Positions 28,501-39,884 of a DNA stretch of 64,000 nt are shown here, in pieces. The notes beneath the pieces were generated by a model. The model did no database searches and had not been told where the DNA came from. It saw nothing but the letters and a program-made list of their open reading frames with translations. A program made the translations under genes and the position numbers. The first letter of the stretch is position 1, and each line of letters starts with the position of its first letter. The DNA is from Pocillopora damicornis (Eukaryota): assembly GCF_003704095.1 (NCBI RefSeq), contig NW_020843520.1, forward strand, positions 124,001-188,000, written 5' to 3'.

Positions 28501-31500
28501 GAAATGAATCAAAAGCTTTGACCTCATCGAAAAAAATTAAAACACCAACAACAAAAAACGTCAGTAAGGTAAAATCAACTAGAATTGTAAAAATTTAGAG
28601 ATATCCTATGTTCTCTAGATATCGGTTGTGAAATGTTATCACAAAGCACTGAGATCTTAACTTAACCATACCTTTTCATCATTATTAGGAAGGACAATAA
28701 AAATGACTGGCTTTTGTAACCTACCACAAACGTTTTTCATGCTTCACGACTTACATATCGATGGAATGGAGAACTAAAATTCATAAATGAATAAAAACGT
28801 TTTTACCTTGATGTCGCCATTCTCTCTGTAGTAAAACCAGTGTAAACCATCTCTGGAAAAAGACAATTGGAACTTGACCACGGCTGACCTCATAGTCAAA
28901 TGGCCTTGAGTTGCAATTGCAGTAAAGAGGTATTCATCTATGCCGTTTCCAATTTGGAGAAAAGAGTTCTTATCATTATAGCCTCGAAGCCATGTGTATG
29001 AATTAAAAATTCTGGCTCTTGCAGCGTAAAGTCCAGACTGAACTGATGAAACCAGAATCGATTCATACGGCACGTGAAAATCCTCCATTCCAAGAGCAGA
29101 AGAGCAAGCTGAGTTGTCAAATCAAGACCGACAGAAAAAAAAAAAATAAAACTTTTTCCAGCAACCATCTGATACTCTCATGAGATTTGAAAAAAAATTT
29201 CAGCGGAAATTATATGAAAATTGCTCGGCCATTAGGCATAAAGCCAGAGCGTAATTTTAAACGCTGCTAATTCTTTTATAATTTTTCCTTTGTATTTTCA
29301 CTAATTTTTCAACGAAAACTCCATTGAAATTAGGTGTAACTAAACGAATTATGTCGCCAGTGAAGTTGTTGTCAATTTTTATTTTAAACCAAGGCACAGT
29401 AATTTGCATAGAACCTGTCAAAAAACAAAAAGTTTCGATTCCTTGTAGAAAAAATTGAATGGCATTTTAGTAGTTATCACTACTGTTTGTCCCTTGATAC
29501 ATTTAAAGGCATCTGGCTTCCCACGGAGTCTCTCGGGTGGAGTAATAATCCTCTCCAGCATTCTTATTAAATTTCTTCAAGAACATCTTACTAACCTCTG
29601 CATCCAAAAACTTCGACCCGCATGCATGTCCATCCAAACCATGTGACTGGAAGAAACCTTAGATGTCGAGAAGTTATTCTTTTTAAAAGCGTATGTCGGA
29701 TAACTTGATTCCTTTGTGAATTCCCATCAAAGACCTAAAAAGTTGAGTCAAAATTTACTTCGCAAATGTTGTTTTAGAGAATACAACACATTTCTCTTAC
29801 ACTCGTTTTTCCAGGAGGGAAATCATTACAGCGAAGCATCTGTCAGCACAGGAGGGAAATCACTACAGCGAAGCATCTGTCAGCACAAAGAGCTAGGCCT
29901 CTCTTTTTACGCAAACATCAGACAGGAATGGCAATTTTTGATGCGGGAAAATAGGATTGAAGTATCAAAGACTCAAAGTTTTGTGACAAACTACAGCTGA
30001 TAATTTGACCAATATGGTTTTCGTATGCAATTTTGAATCCAGACTTAATTTTTTAGCAAAGCTCACCTTCGGAGAGACTCCATCCTCAGTGTAGTTAACC
30101 CAAATCATATGATCGTCGGTGAAAGATAAACTGAAGTTTGTTACCCAAGCTCTGAAACGAATCGCCCATTCTGATATTTCGTACTTTCCTTGAGTAGCTA
30201 CGCCTGTTATGATATGTATTTGAGCTAGATCGATTTGTAAGTACTGGGTCCCATCATTTTTCAGTGCACACCCCGCTCCCTCGCCTTCTCTACTATAAAG
30301 CCTTGCCAGCCAAGGCTCATGGTCCACGTCGTACCATGATGAGGCTGAAAAGGCTTCATTTGGTACTACTCCACGCTCAATACCAACTGGATAGGCGCAT
30401 TCTGGAAATACGTGCGGTAAATAAGTCATTGGGTGGAATGTGAACAGATGGTCACGAAGTATACTAATATTAGAAGTTTTCTGTGAGTCTTCTAGGCCTA
30501 GTTTTGTTATGTGATGCAAGACCACGTGATTCGTCTCGGACAATAATCACCATCTTTAATCATGTCTAGATTTGCTTACTGACCTTGCTTAGAGTCATCA
30601 ACAGGAGGTCTTTTTTATTTAATCTGCTATGGTTAGTAGGCCCGTAAGCCCACACACGCCGACTGATAGGATGTTTAAGAGCACGTACTCAGGGCTGAAT
30701 GGGTCATTAAGAAAAGACTGGCTGTCGCCTCCGATAACAGTTCTTGCTCAGACTCTTGATATCTCGCGTTTGCGCGTGGTGTTCGAGCTAGTTTACACCA
30801 ACAGTCCAACAACATCATAAATGATTCGTAACAGATAAAACGGCAAATTTGAAGGGCCCCACTGAAAACCGCATCTACCAGTTCGGTTCCCCCATTAAAT
30901 ATCATTATTTTTATAATTGTTTACTATTCATAATTTGGGGTAACGCTTTGCCAGCTATTGATTATGGCATAATGCACTGTAAGCAATGTGTGTAATCTGC
31001 TCACAATGGAATTGCATTGTGATCAAGGGCCCTTATATCCTGCACTCCCGACTCGTATTTCACATCAAATTGTATGAAAATTCAAGCACAAGCACTGTCC
31101 AACCCGGGTGACACGTAAAACACTCGAGAAAAGCCATATCTTAAATTTTGAAAGAAATTTGCATAGTATACCGAAACTACTACGAGTTTACGAATTACCA
31201 ACCTTCACAACCGTAAACCTCTACTCTCATGCAGATTGCATTATTCCACTCCACAGGAAGGAACCTCACGAATCTGCCTGTTACATGTTTGTAGAATGGG
31301 ACTTCCTTCACTGTGCTGTGATCTGTATTACCACTCAGGGTCTTTAAAAGATGTAGACATTAGGCGATGCATAATACACTAGTCAATCACTAGGTTACTC
31401 CTTCATCACCATTCGCAATTAATAGTACAAAAACCTCCTTTTCAAGAAAGGAATGGAATCATGGATCTTAACTGATGCAATTGAAAACAGTTCTTTTGGT

Positions 31501-34500
31501 TAAATAATATCTAATTTCCTAGTGATGAGAATGTTACAGAAGGAGATACTGAGGAAGACTGGACGTGACATTTTTCCCATAGCTAATAAAGAAGGTGGAA
31601 ACCACTAAGCTTTGGACTCCGTGCAATCCCACGTGGACCTACTCTCAGGAGATACTTATCTTTGCCAACAAGATGTTTTGCCGGGGTATGTAAGTCCCTA
31701 CTCTACGCCTGTGCCAGATCATTGAACTTGATATGAGTTACAATTCTAACCTTTGACTTGCTTTCGTCAAGAGCATTCCTCCAAAATATTCCATCCATAC
31801 TGTAAGCCACTTTATAACGAGTCACCCACTGTAGATTGTCAGGATGACCCTGCGTGGCGACTCGCGCTACCGTAAGAATTCTTCCTAAATCTACTTGAAG
31901 ATACTGTTTATCGTCATTATTTCCCGCGCACCAGGCCTTCCCGTTGTTTAAGCGACCATTCCATGCATCACTCTCAACTGGTGCACGACTTGATGCAGTA
32001 AACTGTACATTGGATATGTCGCCGCTCTCCACGCCAAGAGGGTTTTGGCAAACATCTGCACATTTTACGAATGCATTATGAAAATTTTACAAGTAAACTT
32101 ATGATCGTGGTAGGATGAACATAGTACATTACTCTCATTTTGCAATTGGCTTTAATTATGAGAAGATTAAAGTTTTACACACAGATGACTTTTTCCATCA
32201 ATATATCTAGAATGTAACGAGTACGAACTGTATGCAGTGGTGAGAATAACGGCCTCATCTTTTTTATGGCATCCTGGAAACAACGCTTTCATCACAACAG
32301 TCTCAAAAACATATGAGAGAATTGGAAACCGACCAAACTAAACTAAATTTGTTTTTCTAATACGAATTTACTCACCCTTACTGCCGTACAACTCGACTCT
32401 TAATGCAGGACCAATATAATATGTTTCTGGCCAAAAACGAATACGTAAGGCTGTTATATTGTGTCGGAGGTAATTCTTTACTATTGTGCTGTGATCGTTG
32501 TTACCACGAAATACCTGAAACAAGAAAGGAGACGTAAACTTTGATTCTGAATTTTCAACTAACATTTCCCGCGTTTAAAGATTAAAAATTGGCAGCGATT
32601 GAGTTATAGTTGAACAGTTTCTGTGTTTGTTTACAAAGTTTAAATCTTGTTTGAGACCTTATGCACGAAGTCTTGGCAATCTGGGCAGCGTATACTCAAA
32701 AATCTTTCATAACTTGGCAATTCTTCTTTACTCAAAAATTGTCATTTTTATGATTAAATGGAAAAAAGACTTCGTGCCGTCCAATTGGGTCCGAATTGGA
32801 CTCCACTCAGTCCTATTACCGTTACTTATTGATTTAATAAAAAAACGATTTGTTGGGTCGGGATCTGATTGTAATCACCTTTTTGAGGCGTTTCAAGTTT
32901 AAAGATGAGAGTGATCAATGATCGGTGACAAATGCTTTTGTTTTTTGTTTTTTGTTTTGAATTTTGGATAGACTGGCTGACCTTGACTTCGCCGTCGTCA
33001 ATGTATTCCATCCACTCGTCTCCCCATAAGCTGTAACTCAATTTGTAGCTTAGTACCCAGGATTCGTCATGTTCATTCTTTACACCCTGTGTGGCTACAG
33101 CAGTAATAATGCTCAGATGTCTTCCAACGGAGATTTCCAAGAACGTTCCCACTCTTGGATAAGCTGACCATGCGTTCTCTAAGTTATGAAGTCTTCCTTT
33201 TCGTGCTTCGAAAGAGTTCTTATGGTGAGACGCTGTCAGATATTTATCCTGAATGATGCTACCATTTTCCACCCCTAACGCTTCTGAATAAGCTGTAGAA
33301 ACATAATTTGAAACGACATTCTGGTGATTGTCCCCAGTCCCCGAAGGTGTTGCGTAAACAAGATCCGGTGTCACCATGTCTAAACATAAATGGCCTATGA
33401 CTTCTGTTGTCGCCAAAAACTATATTGGCGCTACTTATAATAAATTCTTATTATTTTCCGTCGCATTTTCATTAAGTTCTTTTGTTTTCATTTGCAGTAC
33501 TTTTTAGCGATATTCTGTTACTTTTTTTGCGTAATTTTCCTTTGTTTGTATCATTCGCTTTACCATAAATCGTATTCATTCGGCTTTATCGTTTAACTGT
33601 GCTGAATCAATTTTCTTAATTGTTTTAAAACGTTTTGTTCATATTGTCTTAAGCCAGCCGTTTTACAATCTTTGTAAGTGTCTTTTGATGTCCTTTATTT
33701 TGTTTTCCTGTTTTCCAGTTTCTTGACACAAAATTCTGGTAACTTATTATTTCTTATTTTATTTCAGCATTGTTCCTTTTTCTTCAGTTGTGCACTTGGC
33801 TTCGATTCTTCAGTTCATTTCGTTTTAATTCGAAATACGTTAAAGAACGTATTTTGTTTAGACTTTTACAGGTGTCTTTGACCATCATCACTGCAGTATT
33901 TTCGTTGGCCTGGAACAATGAATTTTTTATGGTGATTTGCAAAGCTTATAGTTTAAAAGGATAATCCTATGATCACCAAATGGGACTGATCCAATGCACA
34001 GATTTTCAGACTTGGGTTTTCATGATCAATCTACGTCATTGTCTTTTATCATTCATTAATTTTACACTTTACGCATTGCTACTCATCGACAACCGTTACC
34101 CTATCAAATGCTTTTGTAGGATTTAAAATGATGATTACGTCTTTTGTGAAACGAGAGATAATCCTCTGATTATCATTAAACTTAACTTTTTTATCGTTTG
34201 ATGCTTTGAAGAAGAAGTGATATAGATGTGGTAAGCTCACCATCGCATCCAAATGCTTCTACCCTCATGCACATATTACCCTCCCATGTCACTGGGTGGA
34301 AGCGTAAGGCCACAGCTGTGATGGGCGGATCTATTTGGTGCTTTACTTCAGTTCCGCGATTTTTATTTGCATCAAATATCTTCGAAAGAAAAGAGGTAAT
34401 ATGAAAGCAGGTGATTAAGTAAATAGCAAGTAATAAATAGAAATATAAACCAACGTAGGAATGATTGAATGAATGAATGAATGAATGAGAACATTTATAT

Positions 34501-37484
34501 AATCTTTGTTACGACAATGGTTGATTATTTTTTAGCTATTGAACGTGGGAGTTGGAATCGTTTCCTATCCGTCGTGTAAGCGTCTTAAGTTTTTCCGGGT
34601 GTGGTTGCTTTGTTATTTGAATAAATCGATGGATTACGTAACGAAAGAGTGAAAAAATGAATGAACGATTGAGAACATTCATATCATTTTAATTATGATT
34701 TATTTTGATTGTTTTTCTCTTCACAGGTTAGAAGTGAGCGTTTAAATCATTTTCTGTCCTACCTGTGCCCTGGTTGCGGCTGGTCACGTACCTATGCAAA
34801 ATAAAGATCGCCGTAGGGAGAGAGGGTTCTCGACCAATCGACAAATCCCGAGTGCATTTTCAAAATAGCGGTTACGTTCCTGAGTAGACTTCAAGTTGCT
34901 CGGCTTTCGGTTGGTTATACAAACATTGAGTTGCAAGTTAAACAAGTAATAGGTTTAGTGGCTTTATATCTAGATAAAAGTTTAGTGGCAGTACTGCCAA
35001 CTGGAAAACGAAAATCACGAATAAACGCCTTCCCTGTCAAGTTAGTATTGACAAAAAATCCATGCATGAATCCTACCCTCGATTTATTTTTTTTGAAATC
35101 TCCCAAATTCTGAGAGATTCTGCGTAAGCACAAGATGAACTGCAACCAGGTTACTATCTCAAGGGAGAAAGAGGGAGGCCCTTGGAATGGAGATTGTGCC
35201 GTTTCCCGCACGGGAAAGAAGTGAATTCACACTGTAACACGGTTATAACCGTTCTCACCTCCGGTATGTCGCCTTTTCCAAAGACTTTCCATTTCCCGCC
35301 ATCTGTGCTGTAGGAGAGTTTATAACTAGTCACCCATTCGTCATAGTTATGACTTCCTTGGCTGGCCACCGCAGTTATTAATCTCAGTTTGGGACCCAAA
35401 TCAATCTAAATGCAAATGAGAAATTTAAAACTAAATTGCCAAGCTGATGCTTTTGCCTCCATGTCTGTGATGGTTTCAAAATTCATTCTATTGCAGTTTT
35501 ATTCACGTAGTCATTATACGTCAAGTTTTTTATTAGTATTGAAATCCTGTATCACGTACTAAGAAACATTTATTTAATGTTGCAATAACCTGAAAATACT
35601 GAATATCATCAACGACAGTTGCACACCAGCTGCGTCTTGATTGGTTGTTTAACCGGCCATACCAAGGATCACTTCTGCCAGGCTGCCAGGTGGTGGCAGA
35701 TAACGAGTCATCTGCGATTTGATTGGTTGAGAGGCCTAACGCATCTGAGCAGTCCATAACATTCCCTGTTCCACAAATGAAAGATTCCCGAGAGCAAGAA
35801 AAAATATAGAAAAAAAAAGGTAGATAAAAAAATTTACTAAGATTGCAAATAGTGTATCGGTAGACCACATAAGGAAAACGCTTAAGCCCCGTTCAAACGA
35901 TTATGATCATTCACTATCACTGACTATCATTTTTGGGTTCAAACGGTTCATGACAGCTGATGTTAGTTGACAAAATAACGCAACGAGAAATTAATTAATT
36001 TGTAAACAAATATGACGCGCGCTGGGTTTAGCAATTTTGCTGGCATTTGAAATTTTAGTCAAGAAGTTGCGAGTTGAAGATTCTGAAGCCTACCTCAGTC
36101 ATTTTACCACTTGCCAATCAGGTTTGAGCCGTTTTTGACAAAAGTGCTTACCGTAAAACTATCACAGGGGTTAGAAAAAACTATCAAACTAAATGATAGT
36201 GCATAATGGTTCGTGTTCAAATGAGTGTGATAGTTGAAACTATCATCAACTATCATGACTGTTTGAACGGGGCTTTTTTTCTTTTCTTTACTCTTTTCTG
36301 TCACCTCTCCTTTACGAGACTACGGGGAAATATCAGCACTCAGCTAAGCTCGAGGCTTGTTTAAAAATTTAGTTGCAGTTAAGAAAAGGCAGTATGGTTT
36401 AAGGACTTCTCGTTAGAAGGTTAGACCTTTCCGGGTCGTTTAAAAAAAAACCGGAGTAAGTGGAGCCTCTTTTTTAACGCAAATGCATGCTCAAAGGACA
36501 AGGTTTGGCCCAATTTTACTGGACGGGATGAGTCACGTCAGCATGATCATCCATATGACTTTGTTCGAGAACTTGTGTGACGCTGTGTTTTGAAACAGCA
36601 CTCTCCTGATCATGGTCAGTTGATAAATGTCAAGCTGATCTGATGAAAGGTGTTCATGTAGTGAAAGGTTTACCTTGAATAATCAAGGGTATCATGCTGA
36701 TCTGAAACAAAAAGAAAACTCGACAGTTTAATTATCTAGACTATCTATACAGAGAGGATCTTTTTAGCTAGCTCATTTATTATCTAGGTCCATAATACAA
36801 CATTGACCAGTGCATTAATCTTTTAACTGAATTTGACAAATGCGTCTGTGGCTAACATTGCTGACGACTTGTCCGTCGTGAATAGTAAGGATGTTTGAAG
36901 ATTACCTCAGTTTAAGGGCGTATATTTTGAATCTGTCTACTTACTTATATAGAAGCAGTAAAGAAGTCAATGGCGTATATATTTTAACCTTTGCTTAATT
37001 TGTTTCGGTACCCTTTTAGCTGATAAAGCAAGTGATTCCTGTTGTTAATTTTGCTCAAAGGCAGAGGGGATTTCATTAAAGACCCGAAATTTCAGTCAAT
37101 ACAAAAAGGACGGATATATGGATAGTATTCACTGATCCTAGAATAAAAATGTTAAATATTGCAATAAAGTTGTTGATAGGGGTAAATAATAAAACATCAT
37201 TTCTGATTCAGTCAGCTACGAAGACTACTAGCTAACAGGTCAAATGAATAATTTTTTAGCGATTATCTAAAGCATATCGAAGGCTACTGAGTAAATTGAG
37301 TAAAACGGTTTAAAAAATGGTCAAATTTAATTGACTAACAAACGTAAATTCCAAACAGTCAATATTTTCATCTTCTAAAAACGAATATGTTTGAAGGTTT
37401 CTTACGTTAGCATAACATCGTAAATTAAGATACTAGAATGCTTACCCATACAACGAGAAGGTAAGGATATCGCCTCGATATCAT
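7576..37484 (-). CDS. Secreted protein of ~2100 aa: signal peptide + 14 tandem F5/8 type C (discoidin) domains (multi-exon gene model)
   Basis: Exons in transcription order, with GT..AG boundaries and matching phases: 37484-37446, 36701-36674 (signal peptide MISRRYPYLLVVWISMIPLIIQG); D1 35765-35590, 35405-35259, 34379-34241; D2 33292-32982, 32514-32376; D3 32055-31751, 31341-31203; D4 30401-30067, 29734-29596; D5 29108-28807, 28488-28350; D6 28145-27811, 27484-27346; D7 26857-26718, 26293-26105, 25345-25207; D8 24531-24409, 23949-23783, 23315-23177; D9 22797-22490, 22406-22268; D10 20154-19823, 19042-18904; D11 18494-18196, (start in N-gap)-15570; D12 15007-14555; D13 13770-13439, 12980-12860; D14 12449-12295, 10405-10256, 7737-7596. 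Recurring motifs are [17 protein letters not shown], ARYxRF and CMRVELYGC. The 3' end is uncertain: either read-through stop at 7576-7578 or a further exon. Confidence 0.85.
7863..8105 (+). repeat. Diverged ~118-bp tandem duplication (probably within a decayed DNA-transposon remnant)
   Basis: ggtggaaaactg.aga.gaacctac..aaacggcac.gtat.aagc.gtcagttttc occurs at 7863 and 7981. Confidence 0.6.
8690..10075 (+). repeat. Tandem cluster of decayed tRNA-derived SINE-like units
   Basis: A-box-like tagctcagtggtagagc (8767) with variants at ~9214 and ~9974. B-box ggttcgaatcc at ~9738 and ~10018. Shared downstream blocks (ttcactgaataacatcttctt; cctcgcagta..gga..ttt) recur 3-4 times. Confidence 0.7.
9356..9729 (+). 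repeat. Minisatellite: 12 copies of a ~31-bp unit (cggtgatagagcgtctgaagtactgattgaa)
   Basis: Directly abutting, slightly diverged copies with no unique spacers. Confidence 0.95.
10905..12262 (-). mobile_element. Decayed Crypton-like (tyrosine recombinase) element region with embedded hairpin repeat
   Basis: The minus strand ~11540-11830 reads, with indels, HTNH.GVRATAI...MAISGHRSEANLRIY. These resemble the YR H-x-x-R and GH...Y catalytic boxes. A palindrome lies at 10998-11165. Boundaries are approximate. Confidence 0.55.
16250..17862. mobile_element. Second copy of the same TIR element, inverted and riddled with N-gaps
   Basis: Starts with the TIR tagaatggtttagcaagaggacgggaacatcatttcagaacg. 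Sequenced islands (16586-16700, 16836-17126, 17455-17762) are reverse complements of 20960-21995. Confidence 0.8.
20651..22217. mobile_element. ~1.57-kb non-autonomous TIR DNA transposon in a discoidin-gene intron
   Basis: ~43-bp terminal inverted repeats tagagtg(a/g)tttagcaagaggacggga..gtcatttcagaacgg at 20651 and 22217. No transposase ORF. Confidence 0.85.
23440..23620 (+). mobile_element. Crypton/DUF3504-type N-terminal fragment in an intron
   Basis: MAVLRFANVTEEEINALESNLIPKSTKDSIKFGVTLFK resembles the RF..(S/T)EEEI...PK.TK..K(F/W)GV..F N-terminus of animal Crypton-derived proteins. Confidence 0.45.
25590..25940. mobile_element. Decayed MITE-like element (gggac...acgacggcgacgg type)
   Basis: Left end gggaccttaac..cacgacggcgacggtaacgagg; right end gacgttttccacagcgtcgccgtcc..gctccc. 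Confidence 0.45.
29813..29886 (+). repeat. 37-bp tandem duplication
   Basis: aggagggaaatca(t/c)tacagcgaagcatctgtcagcac occurs twice. Confidence 0.85.
35884..36275. mobile_element. MITE-like element with terminal inverted repeats
   Basis: aagccccgttcaaac ... gtttgaacggggctt termini, with internal ctatca/tgatag sub-repeats. Confidence 0.7.
37446..37484 (-). CDS. First coding exon of the 14-discoidin gene (signal peptide N-part MISRRYPYLLVVW)
   Basis: ATG plus 13 codons then a gtaag donor. It joins in frame to micro-exon 36701-36674 (ISMIPLIIQ; tttgtttcag acceptor, gtaaa donor) and exon 35765 (G-NVMDCSDALG), giving a basic + hydrophobic signal peptide. Confidence 0.65.
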
Positions 37485-38589
37485 CTATACAAAGTGGGAA
37501 TTCAACGTTGAAATTGGATGTAGTTCAGAGGAAAACGCGCTGTTGTGCCATAAGATTCAGGACTCCACTGGAAACTGAACTATCCTACTGTTAAAAATTA
37601 CGGGCTGACTTAATCAGTTTATGTTTATTCTTCAGAATTATTAATAGGAAAAAAGCAAATAGAAAGATATCCTACTAATATCGTCATAGGATAAGAAACT
37701 CCCTCGCTAAAACGCTGGTGATTAAAGCTTGAAGCAAAGAGATCTATGAAACTCAGATTAGATTTGGCAAATCCCTCATCAGGTTTGCACTGACATTGAT
37801 TGAAGATGTGCTTTATTAACAAAACGCGAAACCTTTTAAGCTGATTCTATCAATAATGCAGAAGATCACAACAATACAATTTCTCAGATGTTCAGCGATA
37901 GGTCGATCGAAAACTGTTTTTGTAAACTGGTAACCAGGACTTCGAACAAGGCAGGTGCTGACCAAAACTGGAAAGAGAATTGCTCAAGTTGACATGAGTA
38001 GGCTTAAAAACCCGAACTTCCGATTTTCACGGTATTAACCCTTTAACTTCCAGCAGTGATCAACATTTAACTTCTTCCTGTAAAATTGACACCTCGATCT
38101 AACAACAAATTCTCATAACTGATTCTCAAGGAAATGTGTAGCAGCTAGAGGGAGAATAAACAATCAGATCTTGGGAGTTGTTGGCTAAAATAAGCAAAAA
38201 TGACAGGCAAAAATGACAGACCCGTAGCAATAGAATATCAGATCAATGTTTGTTCCTGGGAAATCGAGCTCGACATGGATTTATCGTTCTTGCCCGTAGG
38301 AGGGGGGTTTAAGACTGGTAAATACACATTCCCCTCCGCACGGGCCGCAAAAGTCCGCTCATGCCCCCCCCCAGAATCTTGTGCCTACTGCGCTCGTCCG
38401 CAGGCTTGTTCTGCTGTAGCGTTCTGATAGATAAAATAACGACAATTCAGGCAGGTATCTCTCAAGTGAAACCTTAACTGCAAATAAAACTTTTTACATT
38501 AAGTACTTAATGAAGCAATTAATAAAGACAACTAACGACTCGCTATAAAGAATGGTTTTATTTGTGTACCAACTGCATAGGATGAATTT

Positions 38590-39416
38590 GACATGGTTTG
38601 ATGCTACTCTGGTTTGAAATTTAATAAATGTAACCGAGAAGCTACTCAGGAGAGCGGACTGTCTACCATCTTCACTTGTTTCGAAGGCTGAGGAGAGAAA
38701 ATGTTTCTGACGTCCTAAAGGTAAATGGCTATAATAACCATACTGCCAGAAACCAGTTACATCTAATAACACTCTTGACGAGAAGGAAACAGCGACTGGT
38801 TTTGTTGTAATTCCTTACATTCAGGATGTTACGGAACCCATCAAGAGAATTTTGAGTAACCACAACGTTCAAGTTGCTCAAAATCCTTTTCAGACTTCAG
38901 GGCATATTTTTGTCAAACCTAAGGATCCTGTCATGAAAGAACAACGAACCAACGCTATTTATTCTATTCCGTGCAATGACTGTGATGACGAGTATATCGG
39001 ACACACCAAACGTCAGTTTGGTACACGTTTGAAAGAGCATTAAAATGCGAAAAAGAAAATTCAGCTTTGTCGGAGCACACATGCCTAACAACCATAAAAT
39101 TGGGTGGGATAAGTCTAAAGTTATCACCAATAATCGACGTTACCATCAGCGCCTTTGTTTGGAAGCCTGGCCTATCAACTCCGCCCACGCTCCTTTAAAT
39201 CGTGATGATGACAGCTTACTACCTGACGCCCGTTTACACCTCGTCAGAACAAAGGGCAGCTAATTAGTTAGTATATAAAACGTCCTCTTTTTGCAGCGAT
39301 TAAATCACCCCTGATGAAGGTACTAGACAGTAGTGTCGAAACGTTGGGTCTATGAATTGTAACTTCTAGGTTACGTTCATTATATCTTTATACCAGATTA
39401 GCATCAAACCATATCT
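38590..39416 (+). mobile_element. 5'-truncated, decayed Penelope-like retroelement (RT C-terminal linker + GIY-YIG endonuclease + 3' pLTR)
   Basis: Frameshifted ...VVIPYIQDVTEPIKRILSNHNV...KPKDPV...NAIYSIPCNDCDDEYIGHTKRQFGTRLKEH...RLCLEAW.INS. A hammerhead-like motif lies at 39307-39349. The 5' end atggtttgatgctactctggt (~38596) is an inverted copy of the 3' end accagattagcatcaaaccat (~39393). Confidence 0.85.
39307..39349 (+). ncRNA. Minimal hammerhead-ribozyme motif in Penelope pLTR
   Basis: ccc-CTGATGA-aggtactagacagtagtgtc-GAAA-cgtt-ggg, matching the CUGANGA/GAAA core known from PLE termini. Confidence 0.6.
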
Positions 39417-39884
39417 GATTGTCCACCCGGTTACCTTGTGAACTTTAATATATGAATTAATTGATTTCAATTGATTAATAGATGCCGGTGGAATTCATCT
39501 ATTATTGCAATGTATAAAAATATTTTAACACACTCCTTATCTGCTTGGAAACAAATTTAAGATTTGAGATTCCATTACATTCAAATAATGTAGTTTTAAA
39601 AGACATAAAAATTAATACCTTCCTATCAAACACGAGCCCAAAAAATCGCAATTTTTGACAAAAATACCCTAAGCTTGACTCTTGAAGTCCGACAGTTATC
39701 AAGGTCTTTTCGATTCAGTAATATAAATGAAATGTAAACGTAAAATAAATGTAAAATATAAATGTAAAGTACTATCAACAAGCGCGTAAATATTACAATT
39801 TTCGACAAAATGTAATAATTTCGAGTTTTGAGTTCTCTTGTCATTCCAATCAGAAAGCATGATCATGTTCCTGATTGTCCCCGA

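Noticed and set aside
30250-30290. GAGCA instead of GAWCA in D4 as a sign of pseudogenisation
   Set aside because: It is a single missense change (TGG to GGG) or a sequencing error, and all visible exons stay open and in phase.
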